DNA of 64,000 bases from Octopus vulgaris (GCA_951406725.2 OX597825.1:64604001-64668000), one strand, 5' to 3'. Positions 10,414 to 25,129 are shown, counted from the first letter of the stretch. Notes: a model not told the origin generated them from the letters alone. Translations and numbers: made by a program.

Positions 10414-13289
10414 GAAATCATTAATAACATACACCATCAACCAAAGAAAACTGAAAATTGGATCCTTAATTTGAATGAAAAAATGAATTACAGCGAATGT
10501 TAATATAGGGCAAACATGAATGTTAACATGAATTTGTGTATGGATAATATCAACAACAGATTTTAAAATACGCTGAATTTATGATTGCAACACAAGAAAG
10601 CCGCAGATGGTGGTGTATGCTATAAAAGTACTAAAAATGAGCAGGCAGTACCTGAGGAAGATGACGTTGACAGTGAGAGACACTGCTAAATATCCTACGA
10701 ATCTGAAATGAGTGACCAAAACGATTAACAACCGTGCACTAGCATGGATGTTGTTCAATACAAAAAATGGAGTAAAGCTACATGCACATAGACATTATAC
10801 ACAGACATGTGTGTGTATGGGTGAGTGTAACGAATTGCTTCAGCTACTACCACATGCTGCTCTTTGGATTTTCACTAATTCTTAATCTGGTACTCGGCTC
10901 TCAAAAAATCAAAGATATGTGTGATTAAAAACTCCTAAACTGCATTAGTTCTTTAGCTAAATATAGTTTTCGCAAGCTAAAATAGACGGGCGAATTACAT
11001 CAAGTAATATTAAACGCAAAAACTACAAAAAACATATCTAGTATAATCCTCCTTTTAGAATAAATGTATCTACAAATATTACACTCATTTTAGCATGAGT
11101 CATTTCTTACAATAATAAAATATATTAGGAAGTTTCAGATGCTCACGCCGAAATTATATGGTTTCGAGTTCACTTTGCTGTTAGACCCAAAGCGCCCAAT
11201 GCCTTATGACTGAATATGTCTGACGGCACATGAGTGGAGACCGGTCGTGGGTATGTATGTGAGAGCATATGTGTATGTGTGTGTGTGTGTACATTTTTAC
11301 ACACACGCTCTCGCTCTCTCTCTCCCTCTTTCTGTATGTATATATATGTGGTTTGATCAATAAATATCCGGACTGTTATCAAAGCTAAAACAATCAGAGT
11401 GGAACTTTATCAGAAAGGGAAGTTGACGACAAAGATTCTCTCATTCTACAAAATAATAGAATTAACGATGTGTGGTCCGAAACTACTCAAAGACGAACAC
11501 CACACAGGATTCATACAATCTCGTTCCAGCATGTTATTCGATAAGGCTGATTCGCAATCGGTACAAAAATAGACTCTCAAAAAATAAATTCTCTCTATGC
11601 AAGACATCCACATGAAAATCAAAAAATTGTTATCATTAATGCAAGACATATGCATGAAAAAAGTGTCCATGCGATATGAAATTTGTTCCTGCAAGAAATG
11701 CAAAAATATTGTTCCCCCATACGGGAGTTTCTTTATGAGACAAGGAAGAAATAGATCGCTTAATACACAACTTAGTTTTTCATGATAGTCTGAGGTTATT
11801 TTCGATCCCTGAATGTGCCTTTCTAAGGGGGGATTTCGTGCAGTCATTAGGTTAACTTTGTGCTTTTGGCCTTAGTTTGTTTGGCTTCATATCCAGCTTT
11901 TATAGTCTTCTGGCCATTTCCTTTTACTCCACCGTTTCTCTTAGACAGGATTATGAAGTGACTTGGAACCATGTTCCATTTTTTGCGGCTTTTCCCTCCT
12001 CTCTACTCTGTAATGGCCTTCCCTATTGGGTACAGAGTTGGTTGAGGTGGTACTTTCCTCCCTATCAAGTTTTCTGATTGGAGCTACGAATCCGGTTCAC
12101 TTGGCGCTTCGACATTTTTAATGGTAGTGTACATGTCCAAGTGTGGCCTTAAAAGTGCATAAGAAAGTTTTAACTGATTTTTCTTGCTTCCTATTTGTGC
12201 TGTGGCTCTAACGAATCCATTGCTTTACAGGGCTGCCGCAATCAGATCAATGTGTCAGTCATATTCTGCAATGACCGATGTCCGTAGGAGTAATTATGTC
12301 TCCGTCATTTTCTAATTTCTCAATAATTTCGATCGTTACTTACTTCTTTTTTCGATGACTTGGTGTGCTTGCGCGTTTGGCTCGTGGAGCAGGGAGAAAG
12401 CTAAAGAAAGATGGGGATATGAGACGGAAGAGTGAAGTGCATTTTGAAGAGAACGGTACAGATGAGCCGAGGGGAGAAGAGCGTGTAAGTTGAAAGAGCG
12501 CGAGTGGGGAAGAAAGAAAACATTTGTGGAACAGAGGGAGACAGAGGGTTACAAAGAAGAGGAGGTAAGAGTTATAGAAGAAGTAGCCTGAGGGAATGGA
12601 GATTTGGGGAAGATTCAAATTACAAAATTTCTATTAGTAGATCGGGATAAAGGGAAGGGAGAAGTTTGGAAGTTTACGTAAAAAAATATTCTGGGAACAG
12701 AGCGACATCTATAGATGATGATGATGTGTGTGAGTGTGTGCGTGCGTGTGTGTGTGTGTATAATTATTTTTTATTTTTATTGAGGTATTTCAATATTCAA
12801 GACGCCAAGCGAGGGTCGAGATCTACACATCTGTGCATATACAAACACACTGTTATATGCCCATACATATACGAGCATATTCATACACTTACATATACAT
12901 GCACATCGGCATGTAGTTTCGTGATCTAATCTAAGTTCCAGATCCAGGTATAATGTTTACATACAAAGAAAATCAATGGGATAAGGTTCACTACAGGTGT
13001 TTCAGATGCATTTTATTGATGAATTTTTCGATTGTAGCATGAAAATAACTATTCTCTTCAGGTGATTTAAAACAGTTTTTAAATGGTGTTTTCTTTTCTC
13101 TGAACTAAATTTTAACTTTTGAATTCACCTCAAGAAAACAGCTTTTTTTATAATATAATCGAATTTTCAAAAAATAAAAATGCGCTTGAAACAGCTGTAG
13201 TGAGACGTAACCGATTCGTGTTTATTGGTGCTATTAAGTTAGACATGGCCTGGACCAATCTTTGGTCGAAACATATCTAAGTTTATCTA

Positions 13290-13378
<89 letters not shown>

Positions 13379-13985
13379 GATATGCACGCATATACATTTA
13401 CATATATATATATTCCTGTATATGTATGGGTGTATGTATATGAGAGAGGAGGGATGGCAGACAGGAAGGATAGAATTTGTATTGTTGTTAGTTCTTGCCA
13501 TTTCATATAAAACTTTTTGCGAGAGAATTACGAAAAATTATGGATACACAAACATATATAAACACGTAATGTCAAGGTTTAGGAGCACAATCTATACTTT
13601 AAAATATGTTGCTGATTTGCATTTATACAGAAAAGATAACCCAAAAATAGCTACTCGAATTTAACGATCTGCTACAAATACGTAAACAAAATCTGTCGAT
13701 CAATTTTACGATCTAAAGGAAGTTCAGTGGATATGGGACGTTTGGTTTTCTGATATATTGTACTGATTTCCAAAAACGCAGACATGGGTTCATCTGAGTT
13801 TAGCGTTAAAGTAAGTTATTCTAAGAAAATGCTCCCGTGTGATTCGTTCTTTCAGATTATTCTCAGACATCGTGTTGTTTTCAAAATTCTTTATGATAGA
13901 ACAGAGGCGATTGAAATTTTCTGTTTGCAATTTTCTTAATTTTTGGGAGCGTAGATTCAACGAGCGTTACTGTCAAGCGTTACCG

Positions 13986-14035
<50 letters not shown>

Positions 14036-14429
14036 CATATCTTTATATCTATGTATAGATATAAAGATATATGCATATCTTTATATCTATGTATTTATAT
14101 AAAGTTATATAAGTACAAGCATATGTGTATATTTTTGCATATTAGTATTGTGTATATATGTGTATGTACGTGTATACACATACGTGTATACATACATGTA
14201 CACGTATACATGAAGATACATATGTACATATACATGTAGACACGTATACGCATACAAGTAGATACATATGTGCCCATGTATACACACCTGTGTATACACA
14301 TGCGTATACATACATGTGCACACAGATGTGTAGATATGCATATGTGTGTATTAAGGCATGCTTGTATATGTTTAGAAATGTATATATGTACTTGAAAATT
14401 AATTTACGAATTAAAAACAGCTCTAGTGA

Positions 14430-14556
14430 CACAGGGGAACAATTTCGAAAGTAATTCCTGTTGAGTGTATTTTTTTCACTTGATTCAGACTAAAATTAGC
14501 ATGCTGGTTTCAATACTCTATCACGTGAATTTTTTTTAAAATTCGTTTTTACAGTG
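14430..14556. mobile_element. Short Chapaev-like end fragment or MITE
   Basis: Start cacaggggaacaatttcgaaa closely resembles cactgggaaacattttcgaaa at 14635; ends in ...acagtg. Confidence 0.4.
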
Positions 14557-14634
14557 TACTATCTCAATAAGTATATCCACTGTTTGTCTGTAAATAATAA
14601 GGCTGGTCAGTGGCTTCTATCATTTTACTATTAA

Positions 14635-15568
14635 CACTGGGAAACATTTTCGAAAAAAGCGTTTGTCATGCTTTTTACAGTTAATCTTACCAAATTTGAT
14701 TGCTGGATTCAGAAATACCCACAGAAATTTTCTGTCACCTAAGTCTTTTGTAAAATCTTTTTTTTTTTTTTTCCCCAAAGAATTTCAATTTTGCTATTAA
14801 ATGCAATACTGAATTAAGAAACTAACGTGAATCAAATATTACTTTTATTATTTAACAAATATATTACACAAAATTTTTAATTACACAACTTAGGATAGAT
14901 ATCTCTGTCAAACTGGAGTTTCAGCTTCTCATGGAGTGAACTTTACCTTTGCTACTTTGCGTGAATAACTTACATCACGATAGGCTCTTTGCACACACCA
15001 GCATTAGTCAACTATCGTATTTCTGTTCTACCCGCCTTGATACCTAGTTTCCATGGTTTTGATGTTTTGGTGGAATCCTTCTCCTTCCTCATCAGTTATT
15101 CCACTATTATTTCCAGGGAGATAGTCCAGTTGACTGTGCAGGAAATACACTTTTACACTCATGTTGCGGCCCAGAGCTCGAAAACTCGTTAACAGGATCT
15201 GCACAAGTTCTTCATAATATGATTACTTCCCCTTTTTCAGGAAATCAGACACAACTGCAGCAAAAGCATTCTATACGTCTTTTTGAACGCGAGACATAGT
15301 CTCCAAAATCTGTTCGTTCTAGAATAGTTGCCAAATCTGGGCCCCATCAAAGACACCAATATTAATTTTCTCACACGACAGACCTGGGAACTTTCTGCTT
15401 AAGTATTTGAAACAGTCACTGTTACAGTGTTTCGACTCATGTTTTACACACAATATGGCGTACCCAGGCTTTGTCTAGATCACCCAGTTCTATCCCAAAA
15501 TCAGTATGGTAAGCTTTCCACACAAAATCTGTGATTTTGTTTCACTGCCTAATGTTTTGTTGAACATT
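14635..15568 (-). mobile_element. Internally deleted Chapaev3-type (CMC superfamily) DNA transposon
   Basis: Terminus CACTGGGAAACA at 14635 preceded by TAA; degenerate opposite terminus TGTTGAACA.. near 15559-15568 followed by TAA; contains a transposase remnant. Family assignment is from recalled motifs. Confidence 0.7.
14983..15420 (-). pseudogene. Transposase C-terminal remnant (Chapaev3-like), single frame with several stops
   Basis: Manual translation: SDCFKYLSRKFPGLSCEKINIGVFDGAQIWQLF*...LGRNMSVKVYFLHSQLDYLPGNNSGITDEEGEGFHQNIKTMETRYQGG*NRNTIVD*CWCVQR. Matches the recalled motif string G-x-FDGPQI / MSxKxHFLHSHLDxFP / EQGERFHQDI / RYQGRW / DYCW. Confidence 0.85.
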
Positions 15569-15571
15569 TAA

Positions 15572-15741
15572 CGACGTCACCCGAAAAGGTGCACCGTGTA
15601 CCATACGTCAGGGGTCGGAGTGACGCAGAGCACCTCGAGATGAAGTGTTTTATTCAAGAACACGACACATCACCCGGTCTAGGAATTGAAACCACGATCC
15701 CGCTAGCATGAGTGCAGCACCCTAACCACTAAGCCATGCGT
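15572..15741 (-). mobile_element. tRNA-headed SINE (other family), copy 1
   Basis: Minus strand: gcatggcttagtggttagggtg...ggtttcaattcc; near-identical to 17057-17236. Confidence 0.85.
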
Positions 15742-15747
15742 CTCTTA

Positions 15748-15809
<62 letters not shown>

Positions 15810-16689
15810 TATATATATATATATATATACACATATAACATCCACAAATATATCAGAAGATACCTAGGCTGTTTTTACATTTTCTTCTCTCAGAAATGGC
15901 CATATTTCTGAAAAAGAAAGCATATTTTCAAGCCCGGTGTCTCCTGGGAAAAGCATTTCCAGAATTGGAAACATAAATGCAGAAATGGAAACATGAATAT
16001 AAATGCAGACTTTCGATGTCAAAGTTCCATAAGAACATACAAACCACGAAGTTGTTCCTACACTTCTTTGACCATGCTTGACAAAGTCTGACCTTGACGC
16101 TGTAACCTCACAATTGAAACATTAAGGGCATACGCTAAATACCAACTCTCACAAGAAATAGTTAAACGTTCAGCAAAACATGTTTCATCTGGTTCTCAAT
16201 TATAGATTCAGTAAATCAAGCTAAACGTATCTGCAGGTAAATTCTACAAAATATGAGATATTTACGATATCAAGAATCACAGAAGTGTGTTGTTTATTTA
16301 TATCTAATTGTATACAGGACATTTTCTGTCATCATCGTGACATTTAAAAGTAGTTGGATTGAAAATAGTGAAAGTAGTTCAAGTTCGATACTTTTATATT
16401 TACTTCAGATATTTCAACATGGCTTTTGTTCTCTCATTCGTAGGAGCGTTTAAGTTATTACTGGAAAATAGTTTTCAAAGTTATGCCAAGCTCTACACAT
16501 GGGTATGCATCTGATAAAGCCAAATGTATCCTTAGAAATGGTATGTGTTTGCATGTATACGTTTATCTTTTCGTAATAGAGTGCATATATGTGTGCATTT
16601 ACCAATGTATTTGTATGTATGTAAGTATGTATATACCCAACACATACACATACATACCTCCTTCTCTTGCACTCTCCTGTCCTTGAAAG

Positions 16690-16934
16690 AACTTGTTCCT
16701 CACCTATTCCCTTCCGGTCATTTCAATATGTAACCGCATGCGTATCGTTGGCAATTTTCTTTCTCCGTCTTCCCTTCCTTGGAATTTTCCTTTTATCTAT
16801 ATTTTTGACGAAGAGCTCCGCTCGAAACGTTGAATCCTCCAACTTTCTTTACTTTCCTGAGCATCCAATAACACTATACTTGTTCGACGTCCTCCCGTTG
16901 TTGTGTTTTCTCTTTGTTCATGTTTGGATTAACT
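16690..16934 (+). mobile_element. PLE-like pLTR fragment, copy 1, ending at (TA)n
   Basis: Homologous to 31283-31500; ends tgtttggattaact+(TA)n; contains a minimal hammerhead motif. Confidence 0.65.
16802..16834 (+). ncRNA. Ultra-minimal hammerhead motif (C3 mutated)
   Basis: TTT-TTGACGA-A-GAGC-TCC-GCTC-GAAA-CG-TT-GAA. Confidence 0.5.
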
Positions 16935-17056
16935 ATATATATATATAATGAACTTTCCCGTCAAGAGTGACTTATGATTATTAAGATTTTTGCTGCACAA
17001 ACGATTTGTTCATAGGGATCAAATGTATGTTTTGTCCATTAGATCAATCACTCCAT

Positions 17057-17236
17057 CAAATCGACGTCGCCCGAACAGGTGCACCGTGTACCATACGTGA
17101 GGGGTCGAAGCGATCGCAGAGCACCACGAGATGAAGTGTTTTCCTCAAGAACATAACGCACCAGCCAGTCTGGGAATTGAAACCACGATCTCGCGAGCGT
17201 GAGTGTAGCACCCTAACCACTAAGCCATGCATCCCT
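17057..17236 (-). mobile_element. tRNA-headed SINE (other family), copy 2
   Basis: Same sequence as 15572-15741. Confidence 0.85.
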
Positions 17237-17264
17237 TCTCTCTCTCTTTCTCTCCCTCTCTCTG

Positions 17265-17310
<46 letters not shown>

Positions 17311-17356
17311 CACACAGATATATATATATATACACACACATACATACACATACACA

Positions 17357-17408
<52 letters not shown>

Positions 17409-17484
17409 AATATTAGTAATGCAATACTAGAGTATTGATTTCCAGTAAATAATATACTTTGTATATATATATATATATATAAAT

Positions 17485-17668
17485 GGAAATGCTTAGCGGC
17501 ATTTCGCCCATCGCTACGTTCTGAGTTCAAATTCCGCTGCGGTCGTCTTTGCCTTCCATCCTTTCGGGGTCGATAAATGAAGTACCAGTGAGATACTGGG
17601 GTCGATGTAATTGATTGACCCCCACTTACTCCAAATTTCAGGCCTTGTGCCTATAGCAGAAAGAATTA
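17485..17668 (+). mobile_element. SINE family B, 5'-truncated
   Basis: gttctgagttcaaattccgc...catcctttcggggtcgataaatgaagtaccag. Confidence 0.88.
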
Positions 17669-17987
17669 TCATCACCTATATTTTCCATTCTAGTGTAATC
17701 ATCGGGGAAACGAATTTTACGAGGTCCCACTGTGCACCAGATTCATCAAGCCATCAACTGGAACAACGGGAAATGAAGTGCCTTCCACACGAACACAAAA
17801 AAAATTAAACGCCTTGTCTGTGATTCGAACGTGCGACTTTAGTACCGCTAAACAAAAAGCGTTAAGCCTAAGCCAAGTGAAGCGATTTCTTCAAACGATC
17901 GCAGACTCTCATTCATATGAGAGGCAGAAGGAAGTGAAAAAATGTGTGTGTGTCTGTGGGTGTGTTTGTGTGTTTGTGTGTGTGTGT

Positions 17988-18038
<51 letters not shown>

Positions 18039-18257
18039 TACAAGGAGAAAGAGAGGTATATACTTGTACGAATGGTTATACGAGCGCTGTAAAGAGTGTG
18101 ACATCATATACATATCCAGACGCACACATACTTGCAAACACCCTCATACACTAAAACCTATAGCGACGTACGTTAATCCGCTAATCCGTTCACTAAGAGA
18201 GCCATCACATATAGACGCAAACGTGAATGCACACACACACAGACACACACACGCACA

Positions 18258-18321
<64 letters not shown>

Positions 18322-18349
18322 AATGTGTGTGTGTGTATATATATATATA

Positions 18350-18556
18350 CTGTTTACCCTTTTACATGTTTCAGTCATTTGACTGCGGCCATGCTGGAGC
18401 ACCGCCTTTAGTCGAGCAAATCGACACCAGGACTTATTTATTGCAAGCCTAGTACTTATTCTATCGCCTCTCTGGCCGAACCGCTAAGTTACGGGGACGT
18501 AAACACACCGGGGACAAACACAGACATATACATATATATATACATATACATACGAC
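18350..18556 (-). mobile_element. SINE family A, 3' half
   Basis: Tail and internal domain only. Confidence 0.9.
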
Positions 18557-18590
18557 ATTATATATATACAATCTGTGCGTTTCTGCGTGC

Positions 18591-18621
<31 letters not shown>

Positions 18622-19139
18622 CATAAACAGGCACGCACAAACGCACAGATTATATATGAATACATTTGTGTGTCTCTGTATGTGTGTGCGTGTGTATGAG
18701 GCAAGCATTGGAATAAGACTAGACGCATAAAATTGCCCATATGTAAGTGACATATGGAGTAAGAGAGATCGAAAGAGCGGATAATGGGTAGAATTAGAGG
18801 AGCGATTGAGTGAGGGGGAGGGGGACTAATTGAAAGATCATTGAAACAGAGAAGAAATAGAGAGTCAATGAATGATAGAGGAAGGAAAGAGAAAGTCAGT
18901 GAAAGATAGATAGATAGATAGAGAGAAGGAGAGAGAGAGAGAGAGAGAGGAATATTTTAAGAATGAAAATGAAAGAGACCAACATTAAAAACGAAAGCAT
19001 GTCAAAGAGCGTTAACGTGTGTGTGTGTTTGTGTGTGTGTGTGCGTGTGTTTGTGTGCGTGTGTTTGTGTGTGTGTGTGTAAGTTGCGTGTTTATGTTAT
19101 GTGTGTGTGCATACATGTGTGTATATAAGCACGTGCGCG

Positions 19140-19188
<49 letters not shown>

Positions 19189-19190
<2 letters not shown>

Positions 19191-19554
19191 GCACAGGAGT
19201 GGCTGTGTGGTAAGAAGCTTGCTTACCAACCACATGGTTCCGGGTTCAGTCCCACTGCGTGGCACATCGAGCAAGTGTCTTCTACTGTAGCCTCGGGCCG
19301 ACCAAAGCCTTGTGAGTGGATTTGGTAGGCGGAAACTGAAAGAAGCCCGTCATATGTATATGTATACATATATGTATATGTCTGTGTTTGTCCCCGGTGT
19401 GTTTACGTCCCCGTGACTTAGCGGTTCGGTCAGAGAGGCGATAGAATTAGTACTAGGCTTACGATAAATAAGTCCTGGTGTCGATTTGCTCGACTAAAGG
19501 CAGTGCTCCAGCATGGCCGCAGTCAAATGACAAACAAGTAAAAGAGTAAAGAGT
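19189..19554 (+). mobile_element. SINE family A, full length
   Basis: A-box-like tggctgtgtgg, B-box-like ggttcagtccc, internal TA/TG tract, stem-loop tail. Confidence 0.92.
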
Positions 19555-20355
19555 ATATACACACACACACACACACATATATATATATCTATGTATGTAT
19601 ATGTGCATATGTAATAATTTGTGTATGTGTATATATGAGAGACCGAGTGAGTTAAAGAGAAGACACACGCAAATATAAGCTTACGCAAAAATTTGCGCAT
19701 TCACACATTCACTCAATCAAACGCATGTACGCACACACACACATATAAACTCACACACACAGACGCACACTTGGTGAGATAGGTCTTGAGTGACGGTGTG
19801 ACTATAGAGTGTGACTATACGTCCGTGCCCGTTTGTGCGTGCGTGCGTGCGCAAGCGCGTACATAATAGACGTACACACATGTTCAACCACACAAGGAAA
19901 TTACGCACGCGCACACACACACTCTCCCTCTCTGGCTCACTCTCTCCCTCACTCTATACCCCCTTCTCTCACCCCCTCTCTCTCTCTCTCTTTCTCTGTC
20001 CCTCCCCTCTCATATCGAGCGAGAAACAGAATGAGTGAAAGAAAAAATTAATAAAAAATGTGTGTGCATGTGTGAATGAATAGATGTGTACGTTTCTGTG
20101 CTTCCATGAATGTGCGTTTGTATATATGTGTGTATGTGTGTAGATACATGTGTATGAGCACGCACGTGTGTGTATGTGTGTACGTCTGTACATGTGTAAA
20201 TAAGAGCGTGCGCATGTGTTCATAAGAGTCTATATATGTACGTGTATATATGTATGTAACTCTATCTGATTAAATGTGTGTATATAGGTATATCGGTATA
20301 TATACATGCATACATGGAAGTGTATGTATGTATGTATGCAAGCATGTATGTAAGC

Positions 20356-20393
<38 letters not shown>

Positions 20394-20633
20394 CTATGTA
20401 TATGTATATATATTTACGTTTATATATGTATATATATTTATACCTATTCATTTATGTATATATGTATATATATACATAGTATATATGTATGTATATATAT
20501 ATATACATCTATGCATACATATATACACATATATACACCTGTATATATATACACACATTTATGTATGTATATATGCATATATATATATATATATATGTAT
20601 ATATGTACGTTTATGATTACACACATATATATG

Positions 20634-20664
<31 letters not shown>

Positions 20665-20968
20665 TTATATATATATGTATATATTTATATATACATATGT
20701 ATATATCTATATATACATATGTATATATATATATATGTATGTAGATATATATATGTATATGCATGAATGTATATATGTATATATATATATATATACATAT
20801 GTGTGTATGTATATACATATATACATATATACATACATGTATGCAAGAATATACACACATGTATGTACATATACTCCAATATGTATGTATGCACATCTAT
20901 CTACATATAATTATATATATAAATATATATATATATATACATACACATATATATATATATATATACAT

Positions 20969-21031
<63 letters not shown>

Positions 21032-21192
21032 TAAACATACATACATGTATGTGTAATGTAAAAGCTGTTTCCCTGTATCAGCCAGATGGAACAATGTTAT
21101 TACTACACATAGCTTTCCAAGAGAGAGTGATGTAGAATAATGCTGGGTATATACTGAACTTGGCTGTCTCAGACTATTTACTTAGGTTGACT

Positions 21193-21229
<37 letters not shown>

Positions 21230-21521
21230 GTACGTCGATTAATATGTTACTGACGATAATAGTGATGATGATAGCGTCGACGACTACGACAGAGGGTAAT
21301 ATGCTACTACTACTACTACTGTTACTAGCACTACTACTGCCTCTACTATAACTACTGTTTATTATGTCGGTACTGAAGGAGACAGCGGTGAGAGAAGCGG
21401 CTGTGTAGTGGTTGTGGTTCATGATGATGATGATGAGGAGGATGGTGATGATGATGATGGTGATGGAGAGGCTTGTTGTGTTGCCAGAGGTGCTGGTGAT
21501 AGTGTGAGGAAAGAAAGAATA

Positions 21522-21559
<38 letters not shown>

Positions 21560-21716
21560 GGAGACAGACAGACAGACAGATAGACAGACGCATTAAGAAG
21601 AGTAAGAGTGAGAGAAAGAAAAAGTGTGCGAGAGAAAGACAAGGAGAAAAGAGAGATAAGGATACAGAGAGAGAGAGAGAGAGAGAGAGGGGAGAAACAG
21701 ACAGAGAGAGACAAAC

Positions 21717-21754
<38 letters not shown>

Positions 21755-22097
21755 TGAGAGATTATGTGAAGGATAGAAAAAGCAGAAGCAACCAGAATAA
21801 CAACAACAACAACAACAACAACAACCGCAAAAGACAGAAAAGCAGCAGCAGCAACTGTAGCAGCAGCAGTAGTAGCAGCAGTAGCAGCAGCAGCAGTAGC
21901 AACAACAACAACAGCAACAACAAAAATAACTACTCAAACAGCAGTAGTTACAACAAAATATAAACAGTCTTTACTATAACGAAAAAAGACACAAAAAAAA
22001 AGACCAACAATATTAATAAGACAATTATAACCACGACTACCACCAGCACCCTCGAAATCATCATCATCATCATCGTCATTATTATTATTATCATTTA

Positions 22098-22180
<83 letters not shown>

Positions 22181-22300
22181 TATTATTATCATTATTATTA
22201 TTATAAAAATGGTCGTAATATTTCTGATTAGTAACAGAAATAATAACATTCTCATAATAAACAATAACCCGACAGACGAATGAATATATAAATAGAAATA

Positions 22301-22361
<61 letters not shown>

Positions 22362-22397
22362 ATTCTAAAGAAAAAAAACCTACAGGTGCTTGTGTGT

Positions 22398-22436
<39 letters not shown>

Positions 22437-22506
22437 AAAAAATTCATATACAAGTATATAAATATTAGGCAAGCGCACATACCCCGAGAAACACAGACAC
22501 GCAAAT

Positions 22507-22538
<32 letters not shown>

Positions 22539-22859
22539 ATATAATATTAGTATTAATAATATTAACAATAATATCATATATAAAATATATATCCGTTATA
22601 CTCTTACATGTATGTATGCATACGTATAGACAGCTGTATGAACAGCAAGCGAGGTACTGGCGTGTATATGTATGACCGGCGGTATAGATACCGCTTTAAA
22701 CACTCACAAATATCTCACATGCATCTTATTTTCGCTTTGCCGTTCTACTGTTAGTGGATCTTCGTTACGAGAATGTTGTCAGCGGTGTTAGAATACACTC
22801 TAAGCACTTCGGTTCGATGAGAGCTATAGCTAAAAGAGCGAGATATAGACATATATAGT

Positions 22860-22890
<31 letters not shown>

Positions 22891-23303
22891 CTGTATATAT
22901 ATATACACACACATACACACACACACGCACATACGCACACACATTTATATATATATATATATATATATATGTTTGGCTGTGTGTGTGTGTGTATACATAT
23001 ATGTATATATACGTGTGTGTGTATATATCTATATCGATATAAATATATACATATTTCTCGTCAACTTCATTGGAGCGAATACAAGAATTACCTACAACAC
23101 CTGTATATTACTTAACACGAGTACACGTGCACTCCCCCACCACTCTACACACACATACACACATGCATAAATACACATAAATTTGTAAATATATATATAT
23201 ATATGAATATATATATATATATATATACACATACACATTCATACACACTTAGAAAAAATACGCATATAACATACAGATCTGTACACATCTAACAGAAACG
23301 TGA

Positions 23304-23346
<43 letters not shown>

Positions 23347-23920
23347 CGCACACACATACATATATACATATAGTGCCACAGTTGTTGTTTTTTTTTTTTT
23401 TGCAAACACCTCCTATAGAAGTTAGATTTCAAAACATACATAAGAGAGCTATTCGTTGTCACATCACTTAACCCTTACTGAGGCCTCCACACACACGAAC
23501 ACATATACATACAGACAGACTCACCACTACCACCACCCGTCTCACACACACACACACACACGCCCTCCACACGTCGAACACATATATATATGTATAGATA
23601 TATATAGATATATATCTATTCATATATAACAACACAAGCACATGCACCGACGCATACACACTCTCGCACACACGTACGCACACATATAAAACCATATAAC
23701 CACACAAGCATTCGCCCATAACGAAGCCGACACACCTGTCATTGAGGAGTACATGTATGCATACACGTCTACACAATTATACACGTATTTGTATGATATA
23801 TAATCTATATATATATTCATATATATAGATAGAAAAATATATATACACACTCAGTTAAAGCGTTTGCCACCCAGAAACATATATGTATATACCCGCGTAT
23901 AAGGATTCTCTCCATAACCG

Positions 23921-24008
23921 ATGGCTCGTTTCATGTGGATTATGAAAGAAATAACAGTCTGGATTTTAACACCTTTGATTCAATTAATTACCTTGCACAC
24001 ATTACCAG
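23921..24008 (+). CDS. Candidate first coding exon (signal-peptide-like, phase-1 donor) of an unidentified secreted or membrane protein
   Basis: ATG at 23921 opens 29 stop-free codons MARFMWIMKEITVWILTPLIQLITLHTLP plus one G, ending at a consensus donor CAG|GTAAGT (intron starts 24009). Unique-sequence island amid microsatellites. No downstream exon identified. Confidence 0.5.
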
Positions 24009-24607
24009 GTAAGTCTACCCCAATATACCCTGATGTCATATACTCCTGACCGTCGTTTCTTGATATATACAATTATATGTATGCATATATGTAAGCATGA
24101 TTACATACACACTCGTGAATACAGATACAAATGGGTGGACGGAAAGACATGTGCACACACATACAGACACATGTGCACACATACACACACACATATACAT
24201 ACACGTATACACATCAACATATACACTGAACACACACACACACACACATACATACACATATTCAGAATAAAAGAGAGACTTGGAGAACGAATGTTAGGAT
24301 ATACACACACAAGACAAAAAAAAAAACGGAGAAACACATAGATGTTTATATACACATGGACAATAAGAATATAAAGAGGGAAACACACAAACACACATAC
24401 ATACAGACATGGACATGCACACACGTATACACACGTGTACCCGTCTTTCTTCTTCTTCTGCTTGTTGCTGTTGTGGCTATTGTTAATGGTTCAAACTCGT
24501 GGATGTATAAATATGTTTAACCATGTTGACTTACGAATACTGAAGAGAAGTGTACCAATTTCGATTGGAGATACTATGTAAAATGTATATATATATATAT
24601 ACATACA

Positions 24608-24658
<51 letters not shown>

Positions 24659-24801
24659 GAGCATCAATACATGTATGTATATAAACATATACGTGTATAC
24701 ACATTTCTGCGCGTGTGATTCTATATATACACATACACGCACGCACACACATTCTGACATAATCCGTGTTTATCTATCTATATGTCTATCTATCTATCTA
24801 T

Positions 24802-24836
<35 letters not shown>

Positions 24837-25129
24837 GATATATATATTTATATACATATATATACATATCCACACACACATACACAAACACACATACACA
24901 CGCGCACGTACACACATACTCACACTCACACACACGTGTATATATATACATCTATATATAAGTATGTATGTATGTATGTATATATATATATATATATATA
25001 TATCGATTTATATATCTGTCTATCAAACTCTCTGTCTCAGATTCTCGCTTTACTCTGCGTGTGTGTGTGTGTATAGACATTTTCACATAGTGGTGTATAT
25101 CACTATGTATGTATGTGTACAGGCATATT

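Noticed and set aside
11400-12620. Possible decayed retroelement coding sequence (CSCKKC; purine-rich tract)
   Set aside because: No ordered set of recognisable motifs.
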